NCBI GenBank assembly: GCA_038204425.1
Contig: JBBRCZ010000021.1
Span: forward strand, 1-28,734
DNA: 28,734 nucleotides
Direction of reading: 5' to 3'
Source of the DNA: Spirochaetia bacterium
GTDB lineage: Bacteria > Spirochaetota > Spirochaetia > DSM-27196 > Salinispiraceae
Part shown: piece by piece, positions 25,618-28,734 of the stretch
Position numbering within the stretch: the first letter of the stretch is position 1
Layout of the letters: each line of letters starts with the position of its first letter
Notes under the pieces: model-generated
Database searches by the model: none
What the model was told of the DNA's origin: nothing
What the model saw: only the letters and a program-made list of their open reading frames with translations
Translations under genes and position numbers: made by a program

Positions 25618-28600
25618 ATGAAAAAAAGTATTCTGTCGGTATCTGCCTTGCTCGCAATCTTATCTTCCTTTGTGTTGATAAGCTCTTGTGACTTGGGCAT
25701 TTCTCCAATAGATGTAAGCAGTGTGCAAGCCGGCGCTGCTAGAGCCGCCACATTAACTGGCAACATTTATGTCGCAACCAGTGGTAGCGATACCAGTGGT
25801 ACTGGTACACTATCCAGCCCCTACGGCAGCTTGTCCTTTGCTGCAACTAGGGCTGTTTGGGGCAATGTGATCAATATCGCTGCTGGTACCTATACAGAAA
25901 CCAACCCTGTTAAACTTGGACTTGGCGTAAGTATCAAGGGAGCTGGCGAAGCCAGTACCATTATCAAGTCCTCGGGCGTTACACTTGACCCCGGCGTGAC
26001 AGGTGCTGAGAACGACTACAAAGTTTGGCACGATGGTAGCCTTATTCAATTGTGGTCGCCTATTTATAACTCGAGCCCAGTGAGCTCACCTCGCTATGGC
26101 CCACCTGAGCAAATGATTGCCTCTGCCGACGGCGATCAGACTATTTCTGACTTTACTATTGACGGTAACTCAAAGTCACTAAAAGCAGGTGTCTGGGTAG
26201 TTAACCGCAACAACGTAACGGTTCACCATGTTACATTTAAAAATTTGAAAGAAAGCGGTGCAGTTTTTACTCGTGGTGATATGCACTGGTACAAACCAAT
26301 TCCCGAAGGTATGTGGATGAAGAATACCGTTGTTTACAACGCAACCTTTATCAATTCTGCTTGGGACTTTGGTGACTACACCACAGGAGCTCTACGTCTT
26401 GGCGGCCTCGATGGCGCTCGCATCTACAACATTACTATCAATGAAAACCAAGGCTACGGCATCAAGTTTATGCATGTTGGACACCTTCGCAATACCAAGA
26501 TTTATGATTCGTATATAAGAGTTCCAGAAAGTGATCCAAAGTGGAACGAAGATATTTCGATCGAACTTTGGAACATGTGGTACAACAACGAGGTTTACAA
26601 CATTGATTGTAACACTTGGTTGTCAATGGTAAACCATGCCCAGTTTAATGCCTATCTCCCTACCACCGAGAGACCATCCAATCTCAAGATTCACGGAATC
26701 AGGATGATTGACCTTGACGGCGTTAGCGTAAAAGAAGCTGTTGAAGTGGCCTTACATGGCGTAGAAATATACAATTCTTACTTTCAAGATAAAGGATTTG
26801 GTATTGCCATTTGGGGCGGTAAGGGTTGGATAGGTTCTGCACCTGCACTCGACAATATTTTTGTCCACAATAACGTGTTTACCAATATTAACCGAACACC
26901 AAAGGCTGCTTTTGGCAACAGTGCCGCTGTCTTTGTTCCTTCAGGTGTTGGTGCGACTAACGTTCGCATTGTAAACAACGTCTTTGACCGCATGTGGCAC
27001 TCAGTACAGCCCGAAGGTGCTATTAGTCCTGTTATTAAGAACAACGTCTTCTTAAATACCGGTGACTATGACGTACTTAATGGCTCTAACGTCATTATGA
27101 CCAACAACCTTAAGTACCACCCTGTTTCTACCAAAGCAGCCTTTAAGACTAACTTTAGCATGGGTGCAGACAATATTTTGGGACTACCTGGCTTTAACAA
27201 CAGTGGTGACCGAGCTACAACTTACTACTCGCCTTCTTCGGCAAGCAGCTTGGTTGTCAACAAGGGAACCAACGTAGGTTTGGGATCCAATGGTATACCT
27301 GATATTGGTGCTTTTGAATGGGGCTACACGGCTCCTACTACTACAAGTACTTCACTTGACCCCAATGCACCAACCACAACCTCAACTTCGAGCACCAGCA
27401 GCACCACCACGACTATCTTTAGACTTGATGCCGAGCTGCCAAGTGACTCATTGGGCGTTAACTTTGGCCAAGGAATCATCTCCGGAGTAGACAACGGTGA
27501 CTGGATTTCGTTTAATAACATCAACTTTGGCAACAACTACTTCACCGGTTTGACACTCAACTATGCCACTTCAGGTGGTGGTAAGACCGTAGAATTTAGA
27601 CTGGACAGCATTACAGGTCCTTTGTTTGCAAGTCATGCTACTCAATCAACCGGTACCTACAATGCCTACCAATCCTTTGACAATACAGTCAACTCTGCTT
27701 CTGGCGTCCACAACTTGTACATTGTATTTAAGGGTGGCAACGGAGTAGGGAACTTTGACTACTTTGTCTTAAAGACTGGCGGCGGTACACCACCTCCACC
27801 TCCAGCAACTACCACAAGCACAAGCGTGGTTGCAAGTACAACCAGCACTTCGGTGCAACAGTCGACTACAACTTCAATCGCAAGCACGACATCAACTACT
27901 AGGGCAAGCACAAGCACCAGTTCTAGCACAAGTACAAGTTCGAGCACCTCTACCAGTACTACTTCTACTACCATTGCAGGAACTATCTACCGCTTGTTAA
28001 ATGTTGGTTCCAACATGTCGATGGAAGCACAGTCTTACGCAGGCGGCTCGATCTACAACGATGACAACTATCAAGGCAACAGCATAGAAAAATGGTCGGT
28101 AACAAGCGTCGGTGCTTATAAACGCATCACCAATGTTTCTACTGGTCTTGTAATTGCTGCTTCCGGTTCATCCGAAGTTAAAACTCAAGCCTACACGGGC
28201 AACGACAGCCAGCTTTGGCAGTTTGTTGACCTTGGTAGCGATGTCATCCGCATCGTAAGCAAAGCCTATCCAAGTGTATCTGCGAGAACCCAAGGTACTT
28301 CTGGCGGCAATCCAATGAAGCTCGACCCTTACAGCGCTGGAGACAACACCTTTAGTTGGAAACTGCTTGTAGTGGGCGGACCAAACCCCACCACAACCAC
28401 CACTGTTGCGGCAACCACAACCACCACTGTTGCGGCAACCACAACCACCGTTGCACCTACTACCACAACGGTAGCTCCAACAACTACCACAACGGTAGCA
28501 GGCGGCTTGCCAGCTAACGGTACCTATAAGATTGTTAACTTGCACTCAGGCAAGCCACAACAGACTGATAGCCACGCCGGTGCTGGTCTCTACAATGCCG

Positions 28601-28734
28601 ATGCAACAAGTTCAAACATTCAACGATGGACACTGACCAAGGTCGGAAGCTTCTACAAGATCGTTAACGTACAAACTGGTTATGCACTGCGTGCAGGACA
28701 GTATGACGACGTTAAGACCGAAGTAGTAGACAAC
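25618..28734 (+). CDS. Large secreted lipoprotein: right-handed beta-helix domain + CBM6-like + at least two ricin-B lectin-like domains with Ser/Thr linkers (3'-truncated by the window)
   Basis: Open frame of 1039 codons from ATG 25618 to the window end, translated by hand and absent from the ORF track. Lipobox ISSC (Cys24); IYVATSGSDTSGTGTLSSPY and AGTYTE beta-helix start; PDIGAFEW; DNGDWISFNNINFG...VEFRLDS...GVHNLYIVFKG...NFDYF (CBM6-like); YRLLNVGS/QLWQF and YKIVNLHSGK/QRW (ricin-like). Confidence 0.92.
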   Translation, partial: MKKSILSVSALLAILSSFVLISSCDLGISPIDVSSVQAGAARAATLTGNIYVATSGSDTSGTGTLSSPYGSLSFAATRAVWGNVINIAAGTYTETNPVKLGLGVSIKGAGEASTIIKSSGVTLDPGVTGAENDYKVWHDGSLIQLWSPIYNSSPVSSPRYGPPEQMIASADGDQTISDFTIDGNSKSLKAGVWVVNRNNVTVHHVTFKNLKESGAVFTRGDMHWYKPIPEGMWMKNTVVYNATFINSAWDFGDYTTGALRLGGLDGARIYNITINENQGYGIKFMHVGHLRNTKIYDSYIRVPESDPKWNEDISIELWNMWYNNEVYNIDCNTWLSMVNHAQFNAYLPTTERPSNLKIHGIRMIDLDGVSVKEAVEVALHGVEIYNSYFQDKGFGIAIWGGKGWIGSAPALDNIFVHNNVFTNINRTPKAAFGNSAAVFVPSGVGATNVRIVNNVFDRMWHSVQPEGAISPVIKNNVFLNTGDYDVLNGSNVIMTNNLKYHPVSTKAAFKTNFSMGADNILGLPGFNNSGDRATTYYSPSSASSLVVNKGTNVGLGSNGIPDIGAFEWGYTAPTTTSTSLDPNAPTTTSTSSTSSTTTTIFRLDAELPSDSLGVNFGQGIISGVDNGDWISFNNINFGNNYFTGLTLNYATSGGGKTVEFRLDSITGPLFASHATQSTGTYNAYQSFDNTVNSASGVHNLYIVFKGGNGVGNFDYFVLKTGGGTPPPPPATTTSTSVVASTTSTSVQQSTTTSIASTTSTTRASTSTSSSTSTSSSTSTSTTSTTIAGTIYRLLNVGSNMSMEAQSYAGGSIYNDDNYQGNSIEKWSVTSVGAYKRITNVSTGLVIAASGSSEVKTQAYTGNDSQLWQFVDLGSDVIRIVSKAYPSVSARTQGTSGGNPMKLDPYSAGDNTFSWKLLVVGGPNPTTTTTVAATTTTTVAATTTTVAPTTTTVAPTTTTTVAGGLPANGTYKIVNLHSGKPQQTDSHAGAGLYNADATSSNIQRWTLTKVGSFYKIVNVQTGYALRAGQYDDVKTEVVDN
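28390..28499 (+). repeat. Tandem repeats encoding a Thr-rich linker (TTTTTVAA units)
   Basis: ACCACAACCACCACTGTTGCGGCA at 28390-28413 and 28414-28437 plus a partial third copy; ACTACCACAACGGTAGC at 28459-28475 and 28483-28499. Confidence 0.9.

Noticed and set aside
25810..28545. Short ORFs in the track, including Val-rich and Cys/Gly-rich repeats
   Set aside because: Antisense or off-frame shadows of the long + strand lipoprotein gene and its Thr/Ser linkers.

Overview
Bacterial chromosomal window of moderate GC. The gene content (CheX/CheY, SC-D lipoboxes, a TetR-LolCDE-like-LolA-like-beta-barrel operon) suggests a spirochaete, but that is inference. Left end: the 3' part of a type I-C-like CRISPR array (8 identical 32-bp repeats, array runs off the window), fused directly to an AT-rich, internally deleted IS3-family transposase relic that ends next to the 3' end of tRNA-Ile2(CAT). 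Next come an ABC ATPase/FtsX-type permease pair, a membrane protein, and a TetR gene with two clear palindromic operators followed by an ABC export-type operon. A long minus-strand run follows: tRNA-Cys, Dus, a CheA-like kinase with no CheW domain, CheX, CheY, a pseudo-receiver multidomain protein, an (alpha/alpha)6 glycoside hydrolase-like protein, an M30-type metallopeptidase lipoprotein, and an iron-type ABC permease and ATPase. On the right are a membrane-bound degenerate GGDEF protein that keeps its RxxD site, an M29 aminopeptidase, and a >1039-aa lipoprotein missing from the ORF track (beta-helix + CBM6 + ricin lectin domains with Ser/Thr linkers). That lipoprotein is preceded by a compact structured leader that could occlude its ribosome-binding site. 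Best candidates for new biology: the receptor-less Che-like phosphorelay, the structured leader plus giant glycan-binding lipoprotein, and the catalytically dead GGDEF receptor. All protein assignments come from motif recognition by eye; no database searches were run.
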